DNA of 64,000 bases from Eledone cirrhosa (GCA_964016885.1 OZ024743.1:23560001-23624000), one strand, 5' to 3'. Positions 26,071 through 40,519 are shown, numbered from the stretch's first letter. Notes: a model not told the origin generated them from the letters alone. Program-made: numbers and translations.

Positions 26071-26481
26071 TAATATTTTTAATAAATCCTTCAAAATTTT
26101 CGACTAATTAATTGAAATACTGAGCCTCCACAAAACACACCAAAACACCTTGAGTGGATTTCAGTTCATTATCCATGTATTCATTATACACTAAATGATG
26201 CTGTCTATAAATATAAATTTAACAATGGGTTGTTGTTATTATTCTCCACTGTAAGTCAGCTAGTGCTTGTGCCACAAAAAAGAAGGAAGATGAGGACAAG
26301 GAGGAAGAAGTGGATGGTTTTGATGATGTTGGTGGTCATGATGATGAAGATGTATGTATGCCATTAGAAATATAGCAATGAAAGGGTTGATACAATATTT
26401 ACAAATGAATATATACTATTGTATGTAGTATGTTACATTTATCAGCTTTCAAAAAGCATTTTTTTTCTAATCTGAAAAATA

Positions 26482-26671
26482 ATTGTTTCTACTTTAGGTA
26501 CAAGGCCAGCAATTATCCCAGTACATTACTGGTACTTTATTTTACCGACCCCGTAAGGATGAAAGGCAAAGTTAACCTCGGCGGGATTTGAACTCAGATC
26601 ATAAAGGGCTGTAACTCTTGGCTGCAAAGCATGGCGTCCGACCCTCTACCGATACTGCCAATCCACCGCCC
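26482..26671 (-). mobile_element. SINE copy
   Basis: Full-length short form, reverse complement. Confidence 0.9.
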
Positions 26672-26777
26672 TGAAAAGTAATAACTGTCAATGATCCTAG
26701 CTGAACCTTCATTGATCAAACTAGTATTGGTTTTCATTAAAGTAGAAGAAACACAATAAGTAGGAATTAATATATTA

Positions 26778-27575
26778 TATTATACAATGTGTTCTTCAGA
26801 CAGTATATCTTGGACTACACTATACAATGTGTCCTGCAGATGTAGTGTATCTGGGACTATATTATCCAATGTGTTCTTCAGATGTAGTATATCTTGATAC
26901 TACACCATACAATGTGTCCTACAGGCATAATGTATCTAGGACTACATTACGCAATGTGTCCTTCAGATATAATATATCTTAGACTACATTATAAAATGAA
27001 TGTGTCCTGCAGACATAGTGTATCTAGGACTACATTATATAATGTGTTCTTCAGACATAGTACACCTTATACACTATACATTGTGTCCTTCAGACATAAC
27101 ATACCTAGGACTACATTATCCAATGTGCTCTTCAGACATTGGCAGAATTGGTAGAGCGTCAGACACGATGCTTTGTGGAATAGAGTTACGGCCCTTTACG
27201 TTCTGAGTTCAAATCCCGCCAAGGTTAGCTTTGCCTTTCATCCTTACGAGGTCGATAAATAAAGCACCAGTAATGCACTGGCGTCAATTTAGTCGATTTT
27301 CCTTTTCACTCAAATTGCTGGCCTTGTGCCTAAAGTAGAAACAATTGTGTATCTAGGTTTACATTGTCCAATATACCCTTCGGGTATAGTCTATTTAAGG
27401 TTTACACTGTCCAATATACCCTTCGGGTATAGTGTATCTAGGTTTACACTGTCCAATATACCCTTCGGGTATAGTCTATTTAAGGTTTACACTGTCCAAT
27501 ATACCCTTCGGGTATAGTGTATTTAAGGTTTACACTGTCCAATATACCCTTCGGGTATAGTCTATTTAAGACTAA
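26778..27575. repeat. 42/43-bp tandem array split by a SINE
   Basis: Left: ~8 diverged 42-bp units (ggactacattatacaatgtgtcctgcagacatagtgtatcta). Right: ~5 homogeneous 43-bp units (aggtttacactgtccaatatacccttcgggtatagt(c/g)tat(t/c)ta). Confidence 0.9.
27139..27345 (+). mobile_element. SINE copy (long form) inserted within the tandem array
   Basis: tggcagaattggtagagcgtc...gagttcaaatcc...agtagaaacaatt. Confidence 0.9.
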
Positions 27576-29382
27576 ATAATGTGTCTTGCCTTTTTTAAGA
27601 CTGGGTGCAATGCAAGAGAAATTTTGTTGCCAGTACTAACAGATCGAAAGAGCATGTAGTGACTCTTTCTTGTTGGGTGGTTTACCATTGCTATGACTGC
27701 TTGTTTTTGGCAAAAGATGACCCAAATATCATCTCTCCACTCCTACACAGAAGTTCTCTGTAATTTATTTATGCAAAGTTTCATTTGATTGCTGAAAGTT
27801 TACCATATCTGAAATGCCATGTAATGATTGAAGTTTGTTGTATCACTGCTAACAATGAAGGGAGGGTAGCAAACGAGACATTTTCTCTTTATAATTACTA
27901 TTTCTATTTTATACTTGAGAATTGAAAGAATGTGCTGCTAAATTGTTCTGTGGTCAAAAATAATTTAGTACATTCCAATCTTCTAAAAGAAAAATAGAAG
28001 CAGGTGGTGGTAGTAATTGTGGAATTATGAGGGGTGGTTGTTGTTATTGACAGCTGAAAAAATGTTATTAACTTTACCATAATATTTTTCATGTTTTGGC
28101 TAGTTCAGATAAATTTGCTAGGATTGAATTTTTTTAAAAGTGGGCCTTTACAGAATGATACTTATATAGTGAATTGATAAATAAGACACAAGGTATTTTG
28201 TATTCTTAATTCACAATATCTGAAGAATACATTAAGTAATGTAGTCAAGGCCAGAGGAAAATAGCACCTATGGCAAGCAGTGAAATAGCGCCCCTGGCCA
28301 ACACTGTATTTTTACCATCTAACATATATATTGTATAGTATTCTTGGCAGAGCAGAGCTGTTCTGCTGGAGAATGGGTCGCAGGTGTTGATAGTGATATT
28401 GCCACCAGATATGGTTGGTTGTGACATGAGGTTCTCCTGCCAGACAAATAAGAGGCCCTGGACCAAAGCGTGATAAACTACTAAAGGAAATAGAGCAATG
28501 GGTGATGCTGTTAGCTCTCAGAATAACTCTTACAACCCATTAATGTAGATACAATTTGGTAACTAAAGTTTGCATCTAAAAAAGCTTAGTCTTTGCAGGT
28601 TTGAGAAAATTACCAAATTGGTGACTGGTGCAAATAAAATCACCAAAAACTGTAGTTTGGTCAGATTCAATAAAAGCAATCCTATCAAATTGTCCTTCAC
28701 ATGAAAAAATATTCGGGAATTAAGTAGAGAGGCTCTTTGGAAAATTATTTGTAGTCTCCATCTAATGCCAAAAGGACTGGTGATGGATCTGAGACCTACC
28801 ATGGGAGGCATGGGATAGATACACAAAGGTTGCATATCCCAAGACTCCAAATAGGGTCCAGAAGGAAGTAAACATTAATAATTGAAAACTAAAATATTGT
28901 ATAATGTAATCATAAATACAATAAGTCTAAAAGACACATTGTATAAAATGTTGAGTCGATCTGGGTATAATTCTTTCAATACATTGGTCTGTGCTTTGGA
29001 AAAGGAGATGCTGGCTAATTCTACTAATTCAGTATTATGTCAACAGCAAACCATCCCCGAATGTTGCACAATCATTAAACTTTAAGACGCTGAATCTTTT
29101 TTACGAATTGTTTCCCTTGACACTGCATTATGCATTAAGGGGAGACTACTCTATCAGCACATTAAGTCACCTGGCGCCTCCAGAAGATTAATGCTAAGCA
29201 TTGTAGGCTGGTAGGCATGATGGAGAGGGTATGGGATTTATTAGGTGGTGACAGGAACACTGTTGTCCTTAGAAAATACCATTCATTAATCACAACCAAG
29301 GATTCTCTGCCAGAGAGGTGATAGTATATTAAACTCTGTGCTATTAGACATTGGCCAAAAACCAGCGACTGTGGAGATTTAA

Positions 29383-29603
29383 CCCTTTAGCATTTAAACT
29401 GGCCATATCTGGCCAGAATTCTCTCACCTCTTTCTGTTCAAACTGGCCATAACTGGCCACTCATATTTATGTTAAGGTATTGTTCTCAAAATAAATAATA
29501 TCAAAATCTTATAGATTCAATATTATGTGAGATAATTATGTGAAATAAAGTGTTTACCGTGAAAATACAATAGTAAATATAGAGTAATGTAAATGCTAAA
29601 GGG
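29383..29603. mobile_element. piggyBac-type MITE
   Basis: TTAA|CCCTTTAGCATTTA ... TAAATGCTAAAGGG|TTAA. Confidence 0.85.
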
Positions 29604-30250
29604 TTAAACTGTTAAATTCCTATAGAGAAGTACAGACCTATATAAATTGTATAAAATAAAAATAAAAAACAAGAATAAAAGTTATGAACAGGTACAAAAT
29701 ATTTTAAAGGTTATAAGGTTGCAAGAATTATAAGAATTATAAGATTAGAAAATTTTACAAAAATTATAAACATTATATTCGAATTTTACATTAAATAAAT
29801 TAAGAATGTGAATTAGGAAGAATAAAGCAAAAGCAGTTAATTTTAATCCTAATGGCCAAATTTTCAAAAGCAAATTATTGAATAATAAAGGGGTAGTCAA
29901 AACTGTTTTGTGTGTCTATGTGTGTTTGCATTGTGGACAAAAATGTGGTGCAGTGCATTCTCGAATGATTAGCAGTCATCCTCATCTCCCCCAAGTCCAA
30001 AGAAAATAAGTTACTAATAATGAAGGGAGGGGAAAATTAATTAATTAATTAATTAATCAATTAATTCCAAGCACTCAAAGTATAGAACCAAATAAAGAAT
30101 AGCAAATAGAGGATAAAGGACCAATTTTGATTCGGGGATGGCCTAGGGATTCCATGGTATTGTAACTGCAGGTCATCCTCTAGTTTCTTTTTTCTATTCT
30201 CCGTTTGTGTTACCAAAATCCTGTTCTCATATATAACTAATTCTGCATTT

Positions 30251-30326
30251 AACACCTGATGAAATGTCCAGGATCTTGCATCATATTCGAATGATGGAGC
30301 TGGGCCATTGAAATATGTCTAGTGTT
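30251..30326 (+). ncRNA. Type-I hammerhead ribozyme motif
   Basis: AACAC-CUGAUGA-long stem II (AAUGUCCAG...CUGGGCCAUU)-GAAA-UAUGUC-UA-GUGUU. One stem III mismatch. (TA)n lies 60 bp downstream. Confidence 0.6.
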
Positions 30327-30384
30327 TACGTGGAATTAAAAATATAAAGTTTCCAGTCCGGCCTTCTGTTGTTGTTTTTAATGA

Positions 30385-30427
<43 letters not shown>

Positions 30428-31156
30428 CGTGTGCGTGTGCGTGTGTGTGTGTGTGTATATATTTGCTCATAGGGAAACCGGACGTTAAAACGATGCTGAT
30501 GATGATGATGATATCATTTCAGTGAGAGCTATTTGGAATATGGGCTCCTAACAATCAAGTTTATGTCACCTGTCATTAATCTTTAAATAATCAGCTAACT
30601 ATAATTAGCTGTTAATTAGAAGCTGTTTGTTAATGAATGAAGGTTTTGTTGTTATTTTTGTTCAGCCTTATACCAGCTCTGATTGAGCAGACATATGGTC
30701 AAAGGTATTTCATCTTTTTCCTATGTGGAGGAAACCCATGTGCTCATTATCCAATGGGACTTTTTCTAAGATAGTGGGGTGGGATTTGAGGTAGATTTAA
30801 CTACTGTTAATAGCAGAGTGAGTGACTATGTTGAGGCTCTCAATTTATCTCATGGCCAGACACATTATCTTTAAAATTGTTGTCATGTACAAAATAGCAA
30901 TGTATAATAAAAGTATCAAGGCAAATACCAACTTCTAAGTCTGCACATAGTTGAAAATTCTATAACTTTGCATTTTGAAGTTATGAACTAAAAATGATAT
31001 ATTAGGTGCACTATGCTTATATCTTTCTTCTGCAGTAAAATAACTTGCCATCTAACTTGAGTGTGAATGCTCCCAATCTGTTGCTACTTGTACATATCAA
31101 TCAAGATAGAAGTAAATGAGTCTGGTTTGTTCAAATAAAGTTCATAATGTCTATAA

Positions 31157-31337
31157 TAGCATCTTTAAACCAGCCATATCTGGCCAGAATTCTCTCACCT
31201 TGTTCTGTTTGAACCAGCCATAACCGACTTCTCATACTTATCATAGATTCAATATTATGTGAGATAATTATGTGAAATAAAGAGTTTACTGTAAAAATAC
31301 AATAGTAAAAATATAGAGTAATGTAAATGCTAAAGGG
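31157..31337. mobile_element. Second copy of the piggyBac-type MITE (left end damaged)
   Basis: Homologous to 29383-29603 and ends taaatgctaaaggg|ttaa. Confidence 0.8.
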
Positions 31338-31962
31338 TTAAATACATGAGTTGTTTGAGTGTCACAATAAAATGCTTTGCAGTGTTGTTTTGGTTCTCAG
31401 TGTTCTGAGCTCAAATCCTGCCACAATCAATTTTTGCCATTCATTTTTTTTGGAGTTGATAAAACAAAGTTTCAGTCCATTATTAGAACATCAGCTGCGA
31501 TAACATATAGTATCCCTCTCAGCTCTTTTGTGTTGTAAGTTTTCCTATAACACTGGTGCTAAGCTGTATCAGTTTTCACTTTTCCTTTGTTATTTGTAAT
31601 GGCTTCCATTAATTTCATTGTACCTATGTCTATAACCTTACCATTGTATGCTCTCTTTGGTGGAAACTATGTGTCAGCTTCCATTAGTCAAGTCCCATTT
31701 TACAAAAATCCTCCATAGATTAACTACAGAGATCACAATCATATTTGTATAGTCAACTACCTTTATTTGGTGGAGGAAAAATTGGTTTTGAGGTTCAGAA
31801 AGGCAACTTTCAATGATTTTAAATTATACCAATTGACTAACTCAATAAATATTCTATCAAAGTATTTTCCAATGTTTCTATGTTAACAGCCAGATTTAGT
31901 ATCTTTCAGTCAATTGGAACTCTCTGAGCAGAGTTTTCTATCCCCAAGCCCTACACAGTGGA

Positions 31963-32100
31963 TGCGGAATGGTTGAACAGTTAAGAAGTTTGCTTCACAA
32001 TCATTATGTCATGAGTTTGACCCCCACTGTGCACCATCATGGGCATGTGTCATTTAACATAACTTTGGGTTGACCCAAGCTTTGTAAGTGTTTTTTTATA
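31963..32100 (+). mobile_element. Second tRNA-derived SINE family (octopus OK-like), degenerate
   Basis: tggttgaacagttaagaagtttgcttcacaatc...cccactgtgcacc..tgggcatgtgtc. A related copy is on the minus strand at 60420-60510. Confidence 0.5.
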
Positions 32101-32539
32101 ATAATGGGATATAACAAACCAGGAAATGACACTTAGAACCGGGTAACAAAAAGTATGTTACACAGTGTTATTTTACAAAGTGCACTGGGTATATTTCATC
32201 ATGGCACCAACACTAGAGAGACTGACATATCCTTAATACAACTGAAGAGTTCTCTCTACTATTTTAGCATGGTTTCTACAGCTGGGTATTCTCTCTAATA
32301 TCAGTCTCTTTGAAGAGTGTATCTATGTTGTCACCATTCAACTGTCTTTTTTAAAATAGGAGATTGTATGCATGGACCCATAACTCCAGAGTGAGTTGTA
32401 GGGACACAGTATTGACATACAACATATCTAGGCCACTTTTTTTAAAACCATTTCCTCTCCAGGTCTGAATATACCAGATTTCTTCCAAAGAAGGATAGAA
32501 AGTGAGAGAGAGAGAAAGTGTGAAAGAGATATAGAGGAA

Positions 32540-32703
32540 GAATCGACCTCAGTATTAGACTGGTACTTTATTTATTGACCTCGAATGGATAAAAGGCAAA
32601 GATGACCTTGACGGGATTTTAACTCAGAGAGAGGAGAGAGCTGAAATGAATACCACAGAGCATTCTATTCAACATTCTAATGACTCTGTCAGTTCACCAC
32701 CTT
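32540..32703 (-). mobile_element. SINE copy (old)
   Basis: ctggtactttatttattgacc...gggattttaactcag...ttcaccacc. Confidence 0.75.
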
Positions 32704-33861
32704 TAAATAGGAGGTTGACTTGTACACTAATATTGCTTACACATCATAGCCTACTTGCTACATTTCTTTCTGTCCACCACTAATAGTCTACATTCAAGGC
32801 CAAAGTCTTGCTATCATGCAGCATTATACAGTCAACCTTTCACCCTAAAAGAAAAGCGTTTTGTTGCCAACGGAGATAATAACTCCCTGACCCCACATTC
32901 TTATTCTGGCTACTATACTTTCAGTACCTTCACTGCTGATGAAATTACCATGTTGTTGCTGTTGTTGTTGTTGTTTTGTTTGTTTGTTTGTTCTTTTATA
33001 ACAACAGCACAATGGAATTTGTAGGAGATTTGACAACTATTTCTAGCACGTTGAGCAACTACTTAGAGAATCCCTCTAAATAATTTGAAAGAATAACAAT
33101 ATAAATTTAAAACATGTATTATAATTATTTAAATAGAAGACATTTTTTTAAAATAAACAAAGTTTGGGATATTTTCCAGTGAATGAAAATTCAAGATAAC
33201 CTAATTAAAATTTAATGCTAATTGTTGCTGGTTATTTTTCATGTTTTCATTTAAAATTATTTCTGTCTCTTAGCCTCTGAGAAAGTTCTTTTTAAATATC
33301 AGAAATATTTGGTTTGGAAAAACGAGTCTAATTCCTTCTCTACTCCCAAAAATATTTTGCTGAAGGCCAAATGTATTTCAGTGAAATATTTTCTAGTTGA
33401 ACTTATTTTACAACTTATATTTTTCTCTCTTTCTTCAAAGGATGTATAGTGTGTATGTGTGTAATGTGTGTTGTGTGTGTATTGTGTGTGTGTTGCGTGT
33501 TCTGAATGCATGTACATATATGTGTTGTGTGTGTGTGTTTTGAATGCATGTATATTTATATATGTGTGTGTTTCTGTGTGTGTGTGTTCATGCATATTCA
33601 TACACGCACTATATTGATAGCCCAAAAATTTCATTGGATCCTGTTTGAGTGAACAACTGGGATGCTATGAGCTTTAGGTTATAGTGAGGTGTTTATTAAG
33701 GCAACTGATCTGCCTCTGAAAGGAACAACAACAACAACAACCATCACCATCACAACCATCACCATCATCATCATCTCCTTACGATTGTAAGTCAAATACC
33801 CTAACCACAAAACCACATGCTTTCTGTAGTGAATTAGCAGTGTTGTTACAGCATAGGACAA

Positions 33862-34320
33862 AATACCCTGGGCATGGATACACTGAAGCTCCGACGTCTG
33901 GCAACTGACTTGGTAAAGACCCACAAAATTATTAACCATCTTGTCAACAACAACCCTGCACACCTTTTTGATTCCATGTGTCTAACACCCGTGAGCATGC
34001 CTACAAAGTCAGAAAACAGCACAGTTCCCATGACTTTGGGAAACATTTTTTCATGCTCAGAGTTGCTGAAGCATGAAACAAACTACCTGCATCAGTTGTT
34101 AGCTGTCGAGACACTGCATCCTTTAAAACCTCCATGATTCTTAAAATTCGCCAACACTACACCTGATATGCCCCCTCCATACACATGCACACATGTATAT
34201 CATGACTCATACATGGTTCATTTTCCTGACATTTGTACATTATTCTATGTACTATACATGCACCTTTGATGTGTTGTAGTGCATCTGAGCACTGTACACA
34301 ATAATTTAATTATTATTATA
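33862..34320 (+). mobile_element. CR1-clade LINE 3' end
   Basis: Homologous to 10948-11400 (MDTLKLRRLATDL), with an (ATT)n tail. Confidence 0.9.
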
Positions 34321-35084
34321 TTATTTGTTCTATCCCTCTGCACACAGATTTTAAATTCTGCCAAGGTTAACTTCCTCTTTCATTCTTTTGGGGCTGATAA
34401 AATAAAGTACATAGGTGACAAATTGATAGAGTCATTAGAATGTTGGATAGAATGTTTTGCAGTATTCATCCCAGCTTTCTGCACTGAGTTTTCAAAACCT
34501 GCCAAGATCAACTTTGACTTTCATCTTTTCAAGATTGATAAAAGAAAAATACCAATCCAGTACTGGGGTTGATTTTTCCTCTATATCTCTCACTTTCTCT
34601 CTATCACTCTCTGCTTCCTTCTCTAGAAAAGATCACTGTGTTCAGACCTGGAGAGGGGATGAACTCTGCCAGGTTTTAAAAAATGCATAAGACACGCTGT
34701 ATGTCACTACAGTGCTCCTACGACTCCACAAGGAGTAACAGGTCCATACATACACATACAAAATAAAGTGCCAGTTTGGGCAGTGGATTGGTGGAATTGA
34801 TAGAGCATCAGGGCAAAATTTTCTCATTATTTATTTCAGTATTGTTCCAGATCTTTACATTCTTAGTTTAAATCCCATTATAATTTATTTCTGTGGTAGA
34901 ATTAAACTATCGCTGGGGTTTAATACCACCACCTGACTCTTGGGTGCCTTTAACAAAGTCCACTTTGTTGCAATTCAGGTCAGGTCTCCAGTTTGAGGAT
35001 ACATCCCACCCCTGTCACAGAGGCCCTTAAAAAGTTCATGGGCACAGCGTTCCTCTCTTTGATTAAACAGTAAAAAGAAAAGAG

Positions 35085-35612
35085 TTTTGATAACCATCTC
35101 GCCAATTGCAACCCTGAGCGCCTCTTTGATCTCCATGTGTCTAACACATGTGGACATGCCTACAAGATCAGAAAACAGCACAGCTCCCATGACTTTCGTA
35201 GACATTTTTTCACGCTCAGAGTTGCTGAAGCATGGAACAAACTGCCTGCGTCAGTTGTTAGCTGCCGAGACACTGCATCCTTTAAGACACTCATGCTTCC
35301 CGAAATACGCCAAAACTACACCTGATGTACCCCTTCCATACACATGCACACATGTGTGTATCATGACTCGTGCACTGTTCATTTTACTGATGTTTGTGCA
35401 TTGCCCTATGTACTGTACATGCACTTTTTTGATGAGTTGTGGTGCACCTGGGCACTGTACACAATATTTCATTATTGTTATTATTATTATATCATGACTC
35501 ATACACTGTTCATTTTCCTGACATTTGTACATTATTTTATGTACTATACATGCACCTTTGATGAGTTGTAGTGCACCTGAGCACTGTACACAATAATTTC
35601 ATTATTATTATT
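35085..35612 (+). mobile_element. CR1-clade LINE 3' end plus a tandem extra 3' UTR
   Basis: CGHAYKIRKQHSSHDFRRHFFTLRVAEAWNKLP. 3' UTR repeated at 35490-35612. Confidence 0.9.
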
Positions 35613-36444
35613 ATAGAGCAGCAATTCTTAAACAGAGGAAAATTCTCAAATCTTCACCCTACCCCATATGAAAATTTCATGATTCCAAGAAGAAATTTGG
35701 AAATTCCAGTGGAGAAATTGTTTTTAAATTGCAAAATATCTTTTGTCATTATTCCTGCTATTTCTACAAAATTTATTTTCTTAACTGCTAAAACTTAATT
35801 TTAGACAATAAATTATATTTTATACAAGACTGTTTTTTTAATCATAAATGGAGTGAAAACGGTATGGTAAATTGGTAAAGGGGAGAGAGATAAAAGGTTA
35901 AGAAACATTGGTTTAGAACATCAGTTGCAAAATACAGTTTTTGTTTGTAAATTATTTTATCTCTTGTAAGAAGTAACAAAATGTGTGTTTGACTCTGCCA
36001 GTAGGTCGGTTCACACATATGCTACAAAACACTCACATATACATACACAAAAACACACACATACAAAAACACCTACATATACATACACAAAAACACATAT
36101 ATACATACACAAAAACACATACATATACATACACAAAAACACATATGTACACATTCACAAAAACATATACATACACATACACAAAACACATATATATACA
36201 TACACAAAAGCACATACATACAAAATATACATACACTAGCATGCACACAAACATATACACAAACACATACTCATATCGCACAAATAAATACACATCACAC
36301 AAGCACACACACACACACATGTACATACAAAAACAAACACATACACAAACCCACACACTCATACAAACACACATATACAGACATGCACATAAGCAGATAC
36401 ACATAAAAGACATACACTGAATATCACAAATACAATACACAAAC

Positions 36445-36660
36445 ATGTCTCTATGTGATCACTCGACTTGCTAGAAACAGCAGCCCAATCTCCCTCGAAA
36501 CATAGCACCTTACAGTATTTAAAAATGAAAGAACATATTAGATAATGTAGTCCTAGATACAATTCATCTAAAAAAAAAATGATGGGATGGTCATCACTGG
36601 AATGTCTTTGATCTAAGGGTTGCTCAAACATGTTTGCCCTGAAACTATAAACAACCTCAT
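36445..36660 (+). repeat. Dispersed repeat family ending in (CAA)n
   Basis: cgacttgctagaaacagcagcc motif is also at ~7600 and ~20440 (+) and ~30800 and ~33040 (-). The related 3' part at ~22290-22405 ends aacaacaac. Confidence 0.55.
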
Positions 36661-37069
36661 ACATAAACACACATACACAGCACAAATTAAACAACATTAC
36701 ACACACACACCATACACTAAACACCACACACACAGAAACACACACACATACACACAGCACAAATTAAACAACATTACACAAACACCACACACTAAATATC
36801 ACACACCACAAACAAACACATTGGCATTATGGTTGGTTGTATATATTGCAAGTCCTGTTAAAAATCTATAAATCGAGTGAAACCTTTTATTATCTATGTG
36901 GCCTAGAATTCCTTTCTTTTACATGAGACCTTTCATAATCATGTCAATCTAAATCTAACATCTGCTGTATCTAACCTCTATAGATTTTCAGCTAGATTAT
37001 CCGTTGCTGACAATCATCTAATATAACCTATATAACCTTGACATTCATATATAAATATATATATACATA

Positions 37070-38292
37070 TCATCATCATCATCATCATCATCCTCAGGTT
37101 TAGCGTCCGTGTTCCACGCTTGCATGGGTTTGGACGGGGGTTTTCCCACTTGAGGCAAGAGTGGTTGTCTTGCTCGCATAGGACTGTCTGGCGGGTTTTC
37201 TACAGTTGGATGCCCTTCCTAACACCAACCACATTTACAGTGTGGGGCTGGGAGGTTTTTACCATGTTGCCTACACGGCCACATTACAGCGTGGACTGTC
37301 TGGCGGGTTTTCTACAGCTGGATGCCCTTCCTAACACCAACCACATTTACAGTGTGGGGCTGGGAGGTTTTTACCGTGTTGCCTACACGGCCACATTTAC
37401 AGCGTGGACTGTGTGTTTTTTGTCGTGACACCTACACGATCTCATTTGTTTCGGCCTGGATGTTGTGGGACCAACATTACTTTACATTGAAAGGGGCGGT
37501 GTGGGTGGGGTGGAGGTGGTGGGACGGGGGTGTGTTTTGATAGAGATGCCTACTGACTGTAGTAGGTTTTTACTTTGTATTTAGGTAAGGCGGGTCTTCT
37601 CTATTACTGAGTACCGCCAAAGGTCTCGGTCCAGTGACATTGTCTTGGTGAGGTGTAAGTGTGTGAGGTCGGAGTTTATCAGCTCGTCCCAGGTTTTTCT
37701 GGGTCTGCCTATTCCGTGGCTACCGTCTATCTTTATTGCCCTGCACTTTGTTATACAGCTGTCATCTGTCATGCGCATCACGTGACCGTACCAACGTAGC
37801 CTTCTCTCGAGTAAACAACATCTGATCCCTCTTATTTCTAATTTTTTCCTTAGTTCGTTTATGCTTTGCCGTTCACGTATATTACTATTGCACATCCAGC
37901 GGAGCATGCAAGCTTCGTTCCTCTCTAGTCTGCGTATATCCTCTGCACACAATGCCCAGGTCTCACTGCCATGCAGCATTGCTGTTCGTATGCAGGCATC
38001 GTATAACCTGCCTTTCATTTTTAGGGAGAACCCTCTAGCGGCTAATAGTGGTATAAGCTCTCTGAACTTTTTCCATCCAGTTCTGACTCTAGCTACTGTA
38101 CTTTCAGAGCACCCTCCCCCACTGCTGATTTTGTCACCCAGATAACGGAAGCTGTCCACTATTTCTATAGAACCCTCTGCGCGGTTGAAGGAGCTAGTAT
38201 TTTGTGGGCACTTGCTGCTACTTATTGCACCAGAGCACCGGCCACATGTAAAATCTATGTTCTTAGTTAGCTTACCTGTGATCCTACTACAT
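37070..38292 (-). mobile_element. RTE LINE 3' fragment (family of 40872-43739)
   Basis: ORF 37581-38345 (FRYLG, AMLHGSETW, RRLRWYGHV, GRPRKTW). 3' UTR with a duplicated 112-bp unit. (GAT)n tail into (TA)n. Confidence 0.95.
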
Positions 38293-38669
38293 CTATATAT
38301 GTGTGTGTGTGGGTGTGTGTGAGTCCCGGGTTCAATCGCGGGCAACCACAGTAAGTAAGGTACTCAATACATTAGTGGAGTATATATAAAATTTAATATA
38401 GATATGGCTTCTACAGGACTTCTTCTTGGGTACTCCTGTGCATCTTCTTACATGCAATGTTCTACCACCATGCTAGTCTACTCATTATCCCACTACATCT
38501 CTGTGTACCCAAGATTTAAATTGTGTACATTGCATGGAATTTATGCCTACTCCTTTTCTACATATTTAGCAGGGCCACTTCCCTGAGGGAATCTGGATCA
38601 TATCTTCTCTCCTACTCACTAGCCCTTTAGTTTTGGCTAAGTTTACTCTCAAACCTTTTGATTCCAAAT

Positions 38670-39660
38670 TCAAACCCACACATAAAGATGGAGCGAGTGG
38701 ACCAAAGCCTTCATACGGACTCCCGAAAACCTCGACCAAGTAAAGAAATTGATCGCACATGTGGTGGGGGATAGTATAAGACTAACCCATAAGGAACATA
38801 TGTTTAAGTTCAATGGCAAAACATATGCCCAAGAGGAGGGAGCGGCCATTGGTGTGAGCATTGCTGGTGACATAGCTAACCTCTTTATAGTATGGTGGGA
38901 CAGGAGACTTAAGGGATGCTTGGAGAATTCTATAACCTTGACTATGTACTTTCACTAAGTAAATGGCATCAATATCGTAGTTAAAAGACCTTCACAGGTG
39001 AACAGTCAGGAATTAGAATGGAACACCATGAAAAGCATCCACCAGAGTATTAAAGTTACTGTAGACTAGAAACCATTGGTAATTAAACACAGATACTCCA
39101 TTCACATTATGCCAAACCCATGGCCGGAAGGACCTGATACACTGAAACTCAGCTATTTCAGATAACATGAAAATCAATATACTAATTGCAGACTTAGTAA
39201 AAGTGTCCTGCAAGTGTGATCCTAAAGAATTATAGAAACACATACAACACTTCATCCACCACATGCAGTTCTCTGGCTACAATCAAAGAGACAGAATCAA
39301 GATGTATAAAGGAACCAGGACTAAATGGATGAATATTAAAAAAATGATGTAAATGGGACTCACCCCATGTATAGGAGCAAATTTCGGAATAGGATAGTGA
39401 GAACTAAGAAAAGGACAAATAAGATCAACTCATGGCGTGACAGCAATAAATATCAGAGAGTAATGTCCATCAATACTTCCCCCAGAAGCGAACTAGCATA
39501 CAGATTTAGAAGTGCTCTAGACAAATGAAATTTAATATTAAGATAGTGGAAAAACCAGGTATTCCCATAAAAGCCCTGATTAGCAGAACATACCCTTTTG
39601 AGAAGACCCCTGCGCCGATAGAAAATGTATAGTCTGCAGATTAAGTGCACATCTGTACAC
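38670..39660 (+). mobile_element. Penelope-like element RT fragment (degenerate)
   Basis: HMFKFNGKTYAQEEGAAIGVSIAGDIANLFIVWWDR is the PLE RT B motif (Q..G..IG). Confidence 0.7.
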
Positions 39661-39805
39661 ATACACATGGACATGGACTAATCATCATCATCATCATCAT
39701 CATCATTTTATGTCTGCTTTTCCCTGCTTGCAAGGGTGGGACTAATATTTTTCATATATCCTAACCCTTTTAACACATGGATTAATATTTTTCATATATC
39801 CTAAG

Positions 39806-40121
39806 CCTTTTGATACCATAGCTAACTCTGATTCTTTGAAACAACCACCCATTTTAATGTATTCCTATTAAATATAATTTTATACTGTGTTAGGAAGGGC
39901 ACCCAGCTGTAAAAAAAACCCCGGCCAAATTTTCAGTCCCGTCTCTCAGCGCAGATGACCTGGCTGACCCATGCAAGCATGGAAAAATGGACATGAAATG
40001 ATGATGATGATAATAACCATATGTCAAGTTTCTATCTTAGTAAGGAAATAATACAATAATTTTAGTAAATCCTTCAAAATTCTTAATTAATTGATTAATT
40101 AGAAATATGGATATGAAAGGG
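39806..40121. mobile_element. piggyBac-type MITE with nested RTE 3' end (39885-40012)
   Basis: ccttttgatacc ... ggatatgaaaggg|ttaa. Internal gttaggaagggc...(GAT)n. Confidence 0.5.
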
Positions 40122-40148
40122 TTAAATACTACTTTCTCTCTCTTTCTT

Positions 40149-40182
<34 letters not shown>

Positions 40183-40340
40183 CTGTATATATATATATAT
40201 ATATATAGGAAAATGTTCAAGACCCCAATGGCAGAGCTCAAGCCGTTTCGACAGCTTTTCCCTATTACCCACTCTACTACCCTAAGTATTGAGTACTCTG
40301 GTGTGTTATGGTCCACCTGGTTCCTTACCACATTTCCTTC

Positions 40341-40390
<50 letters not shown>

Positions 40391-40483
40391 CATATATATA
40401 TGTATATATGTATAACGGCTGGATGCCCTTCCTAACATTTACAGTGTGAAACTGGGAACTTTTTACTGTGTTACCTACACGGC

Positions 40484-40519
<36 letters not shown>

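Noticed and set aside
26778-27575. CRISPR-like palindromic repeat array
   Set aside because: No unique spacers, no cas genes, and a eukaryotic context; it is a tandem repeat.
28245-29200. Possible host exons or old RT remnant (REALWKII...)
   Set aside because: Short ORFs with no convincing domain or splice pattern; similarity too weak.
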